Assembly (NCBI RefSeq): GCF_009834535.1
Contig: NC_045696.1
Location: 84,012,001 to 84,076,000 of the forward strand
Reading direction: 5' to 3'
From: Camelus ferus
Lineage: Eukaryota
DNA length: 64,000 nt
Part shown: one piece after another, positions 37,767 to 50,189 of the stretch
Layout: each line of letters begins with the position of its first letter
How positions within the stretch are numbered: the first letter of the stretch is position 1
Notes under the pieces: model-generated
Told to the model about the DNA's origin: nothing
Seen by the model: the letters and a program-made list of their open reading frames with translations, nothing else
The model's database searches: none
Made by a program: the position numbers and the translations under genes

Positions 37767-39974
37767 TAAAAAACAAAAAACAAAAAAACATTTAATGGCT
37801 AAAACAGGGAATTGAAAAGAACTGGTCAGACTTGGGTTTAACACCAGAGTAACTTTACCTCTTTGTTCTTTGAGTCAAATGATATTATTTAGTATGAAAT
37901 TGCTGCTGTGGAATATCATGACCGTCAAGGAAGGAAGATGAATTTTTGGACAAGATTTTTCTTAGCGATCAACATGGTTTTGGAAAACAGAAAGTTACAG
38001 TCGTGAGAGGAGAAAGCCAGATCTCTAGGGTGACTCCCAGTGGTAACTGCCCTCGCATGTCACATGGAAGGAGCACACTTCAAGTGTAAATGCGCACCTC
38101 CGGTGTGCAGACAGGCCCTCCTGCCTCACCCCCAGTGACACGGCTGCTTTCAGAGCTGATTGTGGTTCCGTGTGAGGGACCAGCCTCCCCATTCCTTTTG
38201 AAAATATTGGAACAATGCCAATAGAAACAAAATGTAAAAGTTTTATTTTAATTCTACATATAAAATAAACCCTAGGAATTTTAACTATAAAATGGTTTCC
38301 TACTCTCTGTCTTAATTTGGAGTTGTGCAGCTACGCTAATGAACAACATACGTCAAAATGATCTCTAGCTTCTCATGCTGAGAGGAGGAAGTGATCTTCC
38401 ATGCTGTGGAACTTAGGTAGACATGAGACCCCATCCTTTCTACTTCATTACACTGGCTAAATTATGACCTCAGAGCCTCCGAGTGTCCTCCGGGGGTGCT
38501 TGGGAATGTCATATTCGTTTGAAACAGACATACAATATTTTGGAGTATCACCTTGAAGTTAATAATGTATGATGAAATCTAACCGTTAGATTGGCTTCTA
38601 ACTGGCAGAAATTTTAATCTTTTCCTATCCAAAAAAGAGTTACTAACCACTGAGAAACTCTACTATACCCTTGTTTTGTAGAATAAGTTAAATTCTACCT
38701 GTGTTGATGAATTAATGTCCCAACAGTATCAATCATTTCTTTGTAATACAATCTATCCTATTTAGTAGGAGAAACCTGCGCTGCCCTGTACTTTTCTCCT
38801 TTTAGTCTCCATATATTTTGAGTTTACCCAACCCTGTTTGTCTGCTAGATGTTCGTGCTGCTCATGTCCAATGCCCCAGATGAATCTGGCATATTTTGAT
38901 AGACATAGGAAACATTTTGACAGCTTGAGGACATTCAGAAAAACGCAACAGCAGATTATGACAGCTTTGACTCTGGAATGAACAGAAATGTGGCAGTTTT
39001 GTTCTGGTGCTAAGAACACAAAGAATTTGAATGCTGGGGTTTATTAGGAGAGCCGACATTGTAAAGCTGATTCAGTGAAACTGCTACAGAAGGTTGGGGG
39101 TGGGTGTTCTTTTCAAATTACTGATTGTCCGGATTGAACCCAAGTGAAACCGGACAATTCTATCTCAAGATATATGTATTTTTTACTTTAAATATTGCAA
39201 AAGCTGGATCACTTATTTTGAAATTAACCAGTTGGAAAAGCAGGTACTACTGATGGACCAAAGGGGAGAAGCCATTGCTAGTCCGAGCTTGCATGAAGCT
39301 AGAGAATCTGATGACAGTTTTTAAAAAAGAAACTGAGCCGCGCAGGCATATTTCAAGACAGAAGGAAATCCATCCATTTTTAACACACTCAACAGACACA
39401 GAGTGGGATGATCCAACGGCAAATGTACTACCAAGAATAAAAGTTAGGCCCTTGAGACAACACAGTTTCCATACACAGCATGGATACCTAGAGATGAATG
39501 AGGCACTGGATGATTTCAATGGAGTCCAGTCCATCTGTCATGAGTGTTGGGCCCACAGGTCACAGGTGTAATTGCTATAAAAGGGAAAATTGCCCTCAGT
39601 GGCTGTCCTGCAACACAAAACTCTAAAGGCAAGGATCTGTTGTCCAATCACTAAGGACGTGCTCTTGGAATGCCAAGAGTCTGGCAGTTGATCCTTTTAC
39701 CTCTTATTTTGTTTTCTGTACCCATATTGTTTACTTGGGGCTGAAGTGGTTGTCAGGTATTAGGTAAAGTCCATGTCCTTAAATGGCAGTAGCAATGCTT
39801 AATTAAAAAATTGGAGGTTGAATCTTTGAGTTGTGTAGTGAATGTTTCACATATATTTCCAAATGAGATTACATGCCATATAAATCTTAGTAGTAACATT
39901 TAGGAATAAAGCTAGAATACTTACATTTACTGTATAATGATATAAATAAGTCAGAATCACTTAGTGTTTAAAAG

Positions 39975-40180
39975 TCAGGGGTCAGACTTCGTGGATTTAA
40001 ATGCCGATTTTGCCACTTAACAGTGTGACTGTGCAAACCACTCCATCTCTCTGGGGCTCAGTTTTCTGTATTTCTATCATGAGGATAATAGGGTTGTTTT
40101 GAGGATTAAATGAGATATTATCTGGAAAGCACTTGGAGGAGTACTTGACACAGAAAACGTACTCAGTTAACATGGGTATT
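39975..40180 (+). mobile_element. MIR SINE
   Basis: gccacttaacagtgtgactgtg...ctcagttttctgtatttct...gaggattaaatgagat. Confidence 0.8.
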
Positions 40181-41019
40181 ATATAGTCAGTGAATAGAGG
40201 CTGAACCATGTAGCTTTTAACATTCTCTTAACTTTAACTCATAGATGTCCCTAAAAAAACAAGCTTTGAATAGCACAACTATGCTTCTACGTTCCTTTTA
40301 GTTGGAGTAGGAAGCGGAAGCAATGAGTGGCAAAGACACAAATTCACAAGAAGAGCACAAAAACATTGTCTTTCTGTCTCTTATTTCATATTTTATTAGC
40401 ATGATAAAGATTTTACTGATGTCTTGATCCTCTCCTTTAGGACAAAGAAGTTATCTGGATAGAAGTCCTAGAAGAGTAACTTGTGGATTTCTTTTGCTTT
40501 TAAGTGATGTGTCCAAAAACCGTATATCAGCCTGAAGGGAATGAGATGGGTATTATTCATAGAATTGTAAAATGCTTGTTACTCAAACTTTCCTATAGCA
40601 CTTAGAAGTCTCAGAGAAATGATACAGTCTCTGGATATTCATATTATTTTAATGTCAAACATATTTTGCGTTTTCTTAGATACTTCAAAAGCCAGTACTG
40701 TGTAAGGAAGGATGGCTGTGATTTGCTGATTATATAGGAATCTCAAGAAGTAAAATTATGGTCCAAGGGAAATGGAATTTTGGAAGAGCCCCACTGAGAC
40801 TCAGTATATACTGACTTTCTTCCAAGATTGTGGCTACTGTAGGTTCCTGAATATTTCTTTCCTTGAATTCTCCGTCGTTGACCGCTTTCTGTCAGGGCAG
40901 TCTACTCTCTGATCCTGGAAGCCTTGCTGTCTATTTGGCCTGGGTCTATAGTTTGCCTGCACTGCTGGCCTCACTGGATTGGGTCCTGACCTGCCCCTGT
41001 TTAGCAACTGTGTCTGTAT

Positions 41020-41501
41020 TGTTGCCAAGCCAAACTTGAGTCCACTCGTCTGCACTCAGTAAAGTCAATCTACTGACACCAGGTTGTGCAGAAGGAAATT
41101 GCAGGGCGCCAAGCAAGAAGTCCTGAGCATCCAGTGCTCAAAACATCCAGACTCTCCGATGGGTTTCAGGAAAGCATTTTCAAAGGCCAGGTGAGGAAAG
41201 GGGTGGCAGGCTATGTGATCAGCTCCTGCACAATTCTCTGATTGGCTAATGGCATGATAACAGGGGAGTCACAGGGATTAACATTATCAATTCTTAGGTG
41301 CCAGTAGGTCTGGGGGCTGTGTGCTCATGATCATCAAGTAGTTAATTTCTTCTATCTGGTTGGGTTTTCATATCTGTAAAACAACTCAGGAAATGTGCAT
41401 CAGATACTATTATCTAAGTACTTCAGAGAGGAGCTAACGCAGAGGATATGGGGGAGGGAGGTCTGTCCTGGGAAGGCCCCACAGGGTCCTGCTTGGTTGC
41501 A
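41020..41501 (-). mobile_element. ERV1-class solo LTR (482 bp; MER34/LTR39-like)
   Basis: TG...CA termini, 4-bp TSD GTAT (41016-41019 and 41502-41505); gtgatcagctcctgcacaattctctgattgg core. Confidence 0.85.
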
Positions 41502-44500
41502 GTATCACCTCCTGGCATGTCCTTTCTGGCCCTGGTTGTGGGCCCAGAGCCAAGGCCTGGCCCTACCCTGTCTACTCCGTGCTGCGGTTTGCCTAAGCCC
41601 TGCTAAATCTCTAGTCTAAATAGCTACGAATGAAACCTCCCAACCCACATGTAGAAGGTGAACTATTTGTGCTTAAAGTAGGAAGGGCCAGAGCTGTTCA
41701 GTGTGAGAAAGGCATGGTAAAAATCCTACCAGAAGTCCCCAGAGAGGTTCCGGGAGGGTTCTCAGAACCAACCCCTCTTGGGGGTGAATGGAATCTAAGC
41801 ACAATGCGCTTGTGCTGACTTCATCTCAAAAGGCCAGAGACGTTCGGGAGGCAGTCTGCAGGTCTGAAAATTATGCTTGAGCTGTAATAAATGATTAGAT
41901 CCACAGAATTTATGGTATCTTCATACTTGATTATCTTTATATAATTCTCAAGATTCCTGTAGACGGGTTCTAAAGCAGGGTCTGTGAACAATGCTTCCTT
42001 GTACCAACAGGACAGAGCTGGGGGTTCTGATGCCCTGCCAGGCAGGCTGGACTCGATGGGAGTACAGACAGTCCAACTCAGCCCTTTCCTGCCTTACCAT
42101 TGTTTATCCTTCCTTCTAAGCTGTCAGGGACCTCCAGTTCATCAGGGACCCGCCTTCTCATTGCACATTGTATCTTCCCTATTAAGTTACCCAAGTGGAC
42201 AGGACTTCCTGAACATGTCTCTTGTACAAGAACTATTCTTATCTCTTGCTTTTTCCTTTTCTCCCCCAGACATCACCATCTCAAATGCATAAATAAAATC
42301 ACCCATCTTTGTTTCATTTCCTTTCCTCAGAACTGTTAGATTTTGTTTGTTTCTGACAAAATATGAGACAGTCCATAAAGTTCCTTAAAAAATGTTTTTA
42401 AAGTAAAACAGATAGTTAAAATCTCTGTATATGGTGGTATCCGATAAAGTTCAAAATTCAAAAATCTTTCTTTTTATAGAGTGTGCAAACTATGTAAAAT
42501 ACAGAATAGCATATTCATGATAGAAGTTTCTTTCTTGCTTTTATGAAATAGAAAGCAGATATTTCTAATTAGTGGGCAGCTCCAAGTAGGGATTCTGGTA
42601 CCTGGCACCTTCCATCTTCCACGCTGGCCATATGTTAAGCTAGTCGCAGAGGGAAGAGCAAGAAGGAGAAGGGGCAAGGGTTTTGTGAGCCAGCCTCACA
42701 TCCCAACTGCAGGGGCAACTATAAAGTGGAGGCAGGTGTGTGCCCACGAAACAATCCATCTATGATCCTTAGAGTTTAATGAGAGGAGAATTTCCATCTC
42801 TCCTAACAAACCAGAGTGCTTCAATTTGTAGATTAAGAAAAGTCATGTGCCTAATGGTGTTTTGTGTTTTGCCTTTCCTGCCAGGAAGTTCAAAGCTAAA
42901 TTTAGTGTTCAGTTGATACAACTATTCTTAACATAGATTTTTCTGTAACAATTATCTTCTGTTTTCATTAGACGACTCTTGTTCTTTTATCTTTGCTTTA
43001 ATGCTCCAACTGCCAATGAACCTTCTGCGGTAACTGAACAAAAGCTCTTTCTGGAAATCAGTGTAGGTAAAAATGATGAGTAAAAATTTAATATCTTTGA
43101 ATCATGGTAAGATTTTATAAAGCACTTCTGTAGGTATCATGTTGTTTGATCCTTTCACCAGCCTGAAATGCGCGGACATTTTTTTTCCTATTTACACATA
43201 AAGAGAATGAAGCTCAAGGATATTTAATTGAATTACCCCATGGAGCAGAGCCAGGGCTCCAGGGTAGATTGTCAGCTTTCCAGCCCACTGTATGGTGTGG
43301 CTCCCTCTGGCCATCAGGCAGCCTCCCTTTGGGATTTGCTCTAAGGACCAGGAATCCCATAGGATAAGGACTTCATTAACAAAACGAGCATGTCAAGTTA
43401 ATAGCACACAGGCACTGTGCCTTGGTAACTTAGAATTAATGCATAATCAGCAGATAGTCAACAACTCCTATAATAAAATCAATGCAGGAAAGGGCGAAAG
43501 AATAATAGGGAAAGATAAGAAAAACCTATTGCTATTTTTTTATCATTATTTTTTTCCTTTCTAAAGGCATCTCAGTGGAGGCTTGTGAGAAAGTAAACCG
43601 GAAAAACTTAATCTATAACTCTATTCCATAGTGCAGAGTGCATTCAACAATCTCAGTCAGTTCATCACCTGCTGAACAAAGGCAGCAGGTCAGAGCATTT
43701 TTCACCCCAACTCCCTTAGTGAAATCTAAAAAACCCTATTTTTGATGGCAGCAGAAAGGCAGTGAACCCAGCAGGTCCCCCTCCTCAGCATGAAGGTAAT
43801 AATGTGAAGACAAATCAAACAGCATTGCAGCGGTCCCCATTGGAAACAACAGAGGAGTTCTTTGGTGGTTTTGTTGGAGTTGCTAGAATTCATGGGTGAG
43901 GTTAGCAGATGATGGCATTACGAGAACACAAGCATGTGAAGTTGACGTCAACGTGTGAAAAATCGGTCTTCCTCAAACACTGCTGCCTTTGTGCTCAATT
44001 TAGTGACAAGTTCTAGCAGCTCCACGCCTTTTCGAATTTCTCTTGTGCTTTCAGAACAGGTCTTACAGCTATTCATTTGAAGTGTATCAGCTTAGCCAGA
44101 GCTTTAGGCCAAGGGCACAGCCTACCTTTTCAAATTTCCTGAAGATTAAAAAAGAAAAATGAAGAAAACAGACAGCTGAAGAACTATAATTTGTGCAATT
44201 TTGATTTCACATTTGTCTTGTGTTAGCAGGTGTAGCACACCCAATGATGAGATGAGACCCCACCAACTCTGTTGCTAGAAATAGGAGCCCTCTGAATTGT
44301 CCCTTGGGGCTTTCTGACCTTGCCCTGAAGCTCTGCCTCAGGCTTGCTCAGGCCCAAGCCCCTCCCATCTTTTCTTCCCTCATCGTGTCTCACTGTCAGA
44401 TTACAGTTGAGACTCTCATTACATCTTCATTCTCTGGGCGCCTGACTCTCTGCTGAGGACTTTTAGGAATACCGTTTTCCTCTATTCCATCACCTCCCAT

Positions 44501-44549
44501 GTTCTCCCTCCCTAATTTTCTCAACGCATCTGAGCCCAGGTCTTGCTCC

Positions 44550-44764
44550 AGTCTATCCAGTATGGCGGCCATGAGCCACATGTGGCTGTTTAAGTTAAAA
44601 CGAAATAAAATTAGAATTTAATAAAATAAAAAATTCAGTTCCTCACAAGCACCAGCCACATTTAAAGTATTCAGCAGGCACAGGTGGCTAGTAGCTACCA
44701 CATTGGATAGTGAAGATTATAGACCATTTTCTTCATCACAGAAAGTCCTATTGGACAATGCTGT
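44550..44764. mobile_element. MER3-like hAT MITE
   Basis: agccacatgtggctg...catcacagaaagtcctattggacaatgctg. Confidence 0.85.
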
Positions 44765-45929
44765 TTCAGACCTTTCTCATGATATCTGACTAAATTGGTC
44801 CACTTCTGGCCACATTTATATGGCCAAGGGGCTACTTGTCGCCCCTCAGTCCCCCTGGAAATATACCAGATTGCTCATTTCTTAGAGCTTGGAGGCCAGA
44901 CTGATTATTGGCCCCAGAAAATATTTTTCCTTGGCTTTAATGTAAGACCTACTTCTCCACTTTCCTTCCTCAGGGCTGCAAAGAATGGGAACATCCATTT
45001 CTTTCAAGGGAATTCTTGCCTCCCGCTTCAACCCCCTCTCTTCTTCCCACAGTTATCCAGTTGATTATGGTTCCAACAAGTCACTCACAAAATTATCTGA
45101 CACTGGAACATTACCCAAATTGTTCATGCTGGTCATATTTTAGTGACGAATGCTTTAACAGCATTCCTGTTTTATGACTTATCAAATGCTGCTGCCTCAG
45201 ATTGGACTATTCCTGCTTCCCTCCCCTCAGTCTCCAGCTGACTCCTACTCATACTTCGTGTTTAAATACCACTGTAAGAAAGCCTTCTTTCAGCAACCAG
45301 GCTGAAGCACCTTATCATGTTCCCGTTTTCTCTCCTCATAGCTCCTGTCTGTTCCTTTCCTTGCCCTAATTACAGAAGCTCTGATTAAGTACCATTTGAG
45401 CCAAGTAGGAGGATGAGGCTGTCAGAGAGAAGCCAGTACGAGATCCCGGAGGGTGGAGGCCATGGGTGCAATGAGAGCATCTGGAGGAGGGAGCAGAGGG
45501 TCCAAGACAGGATCGTGGGGAAATTCTTCAAGGGGGCAGAGAAACAACGGAGTTGATACAATAAATAAAGAAGCAGGGTGATTTCCTGGGAGTAGAAAGA
45601 GGAGAAGCAAACAAACGGAAAAAGAGGGTGTAGCCAGTTGTACACAGTTTCATTGGTTTTAATGATTCCTATTTATTTGACAGTCCTTTTATCATTAAAA
45701 AAAGTTAGAAGGAATGCGTTATTTTCATTGTAAAAAATCAAAGTTTCGCATGAAATTCCCCTCTTACGATGGTCCAGCCCCAGCAACTGCGCTACTCTGA
45801 GTAACTACTCGTAATGCTGCAGCCATCCAGTATATTTTTCATTCATTTCTAACCACAGATGCACATATATCACATATAGCTTTATTTTACATTTAATTTA
45901 TTTAATATATTATATGTGGTGCATTCAAG

Positions 45930-46500
45930 GAAGAGCGCCACGTAAATAGCTGCCAGTCGTGTGAAAAGATACTCAAACTCATCAGGAATTGGATTTGAAA
46001 CTCTCATCAAAAAAGACACCCTTTTTCATTCATCAGCTTAGCAAAGATTAAAAAGATCAATAATATTTACTATGGTTGGCAAAGAAAAGGGGAAATGGGC
46101 ACTATCACTAAGATTGTAAACCATCAAAGCTTTTTTGGGAGGCAGTTTTCTGGAATACATCAAATGTAAAATGTAAAACGTACCAAGTGTATACTTTTTG
46201 AACCAGCGATTCCAATTCAACAAGCTGTCCTAAATAAATCATGACAAGTGCAGAAAAACACATGTATGAAAATACTCATTGTAATACTGACAATAAAATG
46301 GAGTATTTAAAACAGCCCAAATATTCATCAATAAATGAATGGGTAAATAAATTATGGCATACTCCTTCTACTCAGCTATTAAAAAGAATAAGGAAGACAT
46401 AAAACTGCCAAGATTTACTGTTCAGTGAAAAAAAGAAAATTGTAGAACAGTGCATGATCATAGTCTAAAATGAAAAATACGCGTATTTGTGTGCGTGTCA
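45930..46500 (+). mobile_element. Old L1ME fragment (ORF2 end and 3' UTR)
   Basis: tgaaaagatactcaaactcatc...aacagcccaaatattcatcaataaatgaatgggtaaataaattatgg. Confidence 0.7.
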
Positions 46501-47094
46501 AGGTCTCAATTATGGGAAAACAGAACTGCTCTTGTAGCAGGGTGAAGTATGGCAGATGACTTTGTGGGCTCCTTCCCTATACCACAGTTCAACGTGAAGG
46601 TAAATTTTATTAAAACATCGGGATATCCCAATCACCTAAAGACTCAGTGCTGCTGTTTTCTAAATGTATGGTTTAACGACGCTGAATTGAGAAGCAGCAC
46701 CATTTATAGATACTTTGTCTTTCTGTTAAGTGGTTTTCTCCATCATCTTCCTTTCACTGAGCTTTAGCATTGAGAGAGACTATAGAGAGCTATTTTTTAC
46801 TGCCTTTATTTGACAGGTGAGGAAACAAAAATTCAAAAGAAGAGATTTGTCCAGGTCCATTTGAGTTGTTGGCAGAACCAGAACATCACCCAAAGTGGTG
46901 TGATATCCATTTTGATCTCTTCTCTCTTGGTGAACAACTCTAAACTTTACTCAAACTTATTTCTAACTGTCCAACATGATTTTACACAGTATTTTTCTAT
47001 AACTCAACCATTGTTCACTTGTCTGACCCTGTCCCCAAACTTGCCATTATTGGTAAAACAGATGAACGCCTCTTCTACAATATAGGAGAGAATA

Positions 47095-47810
47095 TTAACA
47101 ATATGTTTATTCATTTATTGATTCTTACAACAGATATTTATTGAATGTTTACCCTGTGGAAATTAAAAACCACTGAGATCCAGACCTCCCCTCAACTGAG
47201 GGCTATACTGACAAGTAAACTTGGAGTTATTCTATAATCACTTAGTGCTCTGAAGAGTGAGCCATGTGGGGGGGGGGCACATAGCTCACATTGGAAAGGG
47301 CCTCCAGGAAGGCTTCCTGGAGGAAGTAACTTCAGGCTGCCATCTGATGGAAGGGCATCACTCAAGCAGGTAAATGGGTGTTGGAGGAGTAGATTTTTAG
47401 AAAGAGGTTATGAAGTTCAAAGTTCAGTTGAGCAGAAGTAGTGTGGTGCTTTCAGGCATCCGTTTGAAAGAGTCAGAAAACTCATCTGCAAAGGGGAGAA
47501 GAGTAAAAGATGAGGCTGGAGCACCCAACCAGAGTCATGAGGAGGGCCCTGGGGAACCGTGTTAAAGAGACAGACATTTTGGGGACTGCAGGGAGCCACT
47601 GACATGTTTTTAATCATGGGAGTGACGTGATGGGAGTGGCACTTTGGAAATAATCACTAAGGCTGTATTTTTGGAAAGTGATTTGGGGGTGGAGGTGGGA
47701 GAAGAGCAGAAGGGAGGTGCAGGGCACTTAGAAGGCTGGTACAATGGGCGGCCTGTGCAGAAGAGCTTGGTGGAGAGATTCGGAGCTGTGATGCACAGAA
47801 CTTGTTGGTC
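47095..47810 (-). mobile_element. L2 3' region
   Basis: attcatttattgattc...atatttattgaatg...caggaaggcttcctggaggaagt...gggagccactga. Confidence 0.75.
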
Positions 47811-48066
47811 AGTTGGGGTTATTAAGGCACATACACTGAGTTGCGGAATACAGGCAGAGGAACGAGTATTTTTTTCTCCTTGAACTCTTTATTTTGAAAA
47901 ATATCAAACCTAGAAATATTAAAAGTGGAAAGATGAGTATAGTGAACATCCATATACCCTCCATCCAGATTCAACAATGTTTTGTTAATGTTAATGTTTT
48001 GCTACATTTATTTTCTCTCTCTCTCTCCATACATGTGTATATATGTGTGTATATACACACAATGTG

Positions 48067-48070
<4 letters not shown>

Positions 48071-48116
<46 letters not shown>
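48071..48116. repeat. (TA)23 microsatellite
   Basis: Perfect run; explains the YIYIYI ORFs. Confidence 0.97.
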
Positions 48117-48117
<1 letters not shown>

Positions 48118-48119
<2 letters not shown>

Positions 48120-48463
48120 TCTTAGTCCTTTCAGGCATAACAAAATATCACAGAATGTGTAGTTTGTAAACAACAAGAATTTATTTCTCACAGTTCTGGT
48201 GGCTGGGAGTCAGATCAGGGTGCCAGCATGGTTGGGTGGGGGCCCTCTTTCAGACTGCAGACTTCTTGTTGTGTCTTCACAAGATGGAAGGGGCTAGGGA
48301 GCTCCCTGAGGTCTCTTTTATAAGAGCATTAATTCCATCCTTGAGGGCTCCATCTTCATAACCTTATTACCTCCCAGGGGCCCCACCTCCCATTACTATC
48401 ATGTTGGGCATTAAGATTTTGACATGTGAATTTTGGGGGGACACAGATATTCAGATCATGGCA
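48118..48463 (-). mobile_element. MLT1A-like MaLR LTR
   Basis: tgtcttagtc...atttatttctcacagttctgg...ggggacacagatattcagatcatggca. Confidence 0.88.
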
Positions 48464-48919
48464 CATGGTTTTACCTCAGTCATTTAAAAGTGAATACAGA
48501 CATGATGATAGTTTACCCCAATTAGCTCAAAATGTATCTCCTAGGAACAAAAAAATTCTTCTAAATTACCATAATGAAATTATCTTACCCAGGAAATTTA
48601 ACTTCATATATTACCTAACAAAAAAAGGTCTATATTAAAAAAAAGGTCTATATTAAAATATCCTTATTTGTCCTGATAATGTCTTCCATATTTTTTTTTT
48701 TCCTTACAGCTCCCTTCCAGACTCACACATTTCCTTTAGTTGACATGTCTTTTTAGTTTCCCCTAATCAAGAAGAATTCTCCTACGTTTTCTTACCTATC
48801 ATGACATGGCCATTTTTGAAGAGTCATGTCAGATGTCTAGAACATCTCACAACCTGGATTTTCTTATTGATTCTTCACTCTTAGATTTAGGTTCACCATT
48901 TTTGGCAAGGCTACATAAG

Positions 48920-49006
48920 AGATGTTACGTCCACCTCTTGAATGACACAGATGTTACGTCCACCTCTTGAATGACACAGATGTTACGTCCACCTCTTGAA
49001 TGACAC
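48920..49006. repeat. Minisatellite: three perfect 29-bp copies (agatgttacgtccacctcttgaatgacac)
   Basis: Copies start at 48920, 48949 and 48978; no spacers. Confidence 0.95.
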
Positions 49007-49534
49007 CTCTTCAGAGGCACAGCATGTGAATTTTTCCTGTTATTGGTGATGCTATAAGTTGAATCCTTTAATTGCAGTGGGTCCACTAGAGGTCTACTTA
49101 GTAAAGGCACCTGTGGGTGCCTCGATGTTGTGTTGGAGTATTCTTCAACAACTTTCACCCATTAGTTTGAGCATTAATTGATGATCTTTGCTTGAAACAA
49201 TGAATACATTGGTGCTTGGAAAATGGTGACTTTTAAATTCTACTGATCTTTATCTATTCTCAGTATAGCGTTCCTCTGTAAGAAAAAAGCTTCTTCTTTC
49301 TCACTCCCTTTTTTCTCTTCCTCCCATTCTCTCTTTCTCTCTCTCTGTATCTTGGGTGTTACTACAGACCCACGGATTCATTTATTCTGTTCAATGCATT
49401 ATTACCTATTACCATGATTTTTCTTTTTAATACTGAAATTGCCCCAAATTTAGCCAGTGTGGCCCCCTTCAGGCTGGCTCTCACATCCTTTTTACATGTT
49501 TCCACCAATCTTTTCTCGCTTCCTTGCTTTCTGG

Positions 49535-49821
49535 CAGAGCTTCTGCCCAACCATCAACCTTGATCAACTGTGGACTTTGGTCAATGAACAGACATTGGTA
49601 AATGCTGCCGAAAATAAGACTGGAGCTTCTTCCATTATTGATGTGGTATAATTAGACTATTGTAAAGTTCTGGAGAAGGAAGAACTCCGAAAGCAGCTTG
49701 TCATGAAAGACAAATTCTTCAGCAGAAGAGCTGAGGAGAAGATTAAAGGTATGTCCATATGTCGAGGAGCTGTGTCCTGGTGGTTTGAAGCCACATGGAA
49801 GGAGGCCCGTGAGATGCTAAC
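49535..49821 (+). pseudogene. RPL27A: 5'-truncated processed pseudogene of ribosomal protein L27a (uL15)
   Basis: [70 protein letters not shown] aligns to the recalled RPL27A C-terminal half; premature TAA 49649-49651; disrupted C-terminus; native TGA 49786-49788 followed by RPL27A-like 3' UTR (agccacatgga...gctaac); no introns. Confidence 0.92.
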
Positions 49822-50189
49822 ATATGTTTATATATAAAGTCACTTTAGCTATGTTGCCTATGGGATTTTCCCAATGGCCCTTTATTGCCATCCTCTGCCA
49901 TCTTGTTGTCTCCCATCCTGTCCACCTCCTCTTTCTGACACTATTCTCTTCCTGTCTGTTTAATTAAACAAAAACAAGTGCCAAATTCTTCTCTTCTCGA
50001 TTGATGGCTTTCATGTGCCTCAGATTTCACTTTCCAACTAAATGGGAATCCTAAGAAATTTTCTCAACCAAAGATATTTTGGCATCAAATATTAACCTGG
50101 TACACATTCCACTTTAGAACTGGAAAGAAAGAAACCACTGAAAGAGTTAGCTACAGGCTTTTGATCTTGGTAATGCAGCTTCAGTAGCG

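Larger units (their letters stand above)
47880..49534 (-). mobile_element. Old L1 (L1MC4/L1ME-like) 3' region, interrupted by (TA)n, MLT1A and a minisatellite
   Basis: ttattttgaaaaatatcaaacc...catttttggcaag...aaattgccccaaatttagccagtg...ttccttgctttctggca. Confidence 0.7.

Noticed and set aside
42972..43066. Extra WDR49 coding exon (tcattag|...gtgtag|gtaaaa)
   Set aside because: 95 nt, stop at codon 10 in phase 0, weak donor; the flanking coding exons already join in frame
47894..48191. ORFs with YIYIYI runs (likewise THTHTH at 14391-14687)
   Set aside because: Translations of (TA)n and (TG)n microsatellites
48920..49006. 29-bp direct repeats as a CRISPR array
   Set aside because: Copies are head-to-tail with no spacers, there are no cas genes, and the context is a mammalian intron
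49073..49096. Second CTCF site (CCACTAGAGGTCT)
   Set aside because: Mismatch in the GGC core end and located in decayed L1; too weak to call
49457..49651. Functional ribosomal protein gene
   Set aside because: Lacks the N-terminal half, has a premature stop and many substitutions; a processed pseudogene
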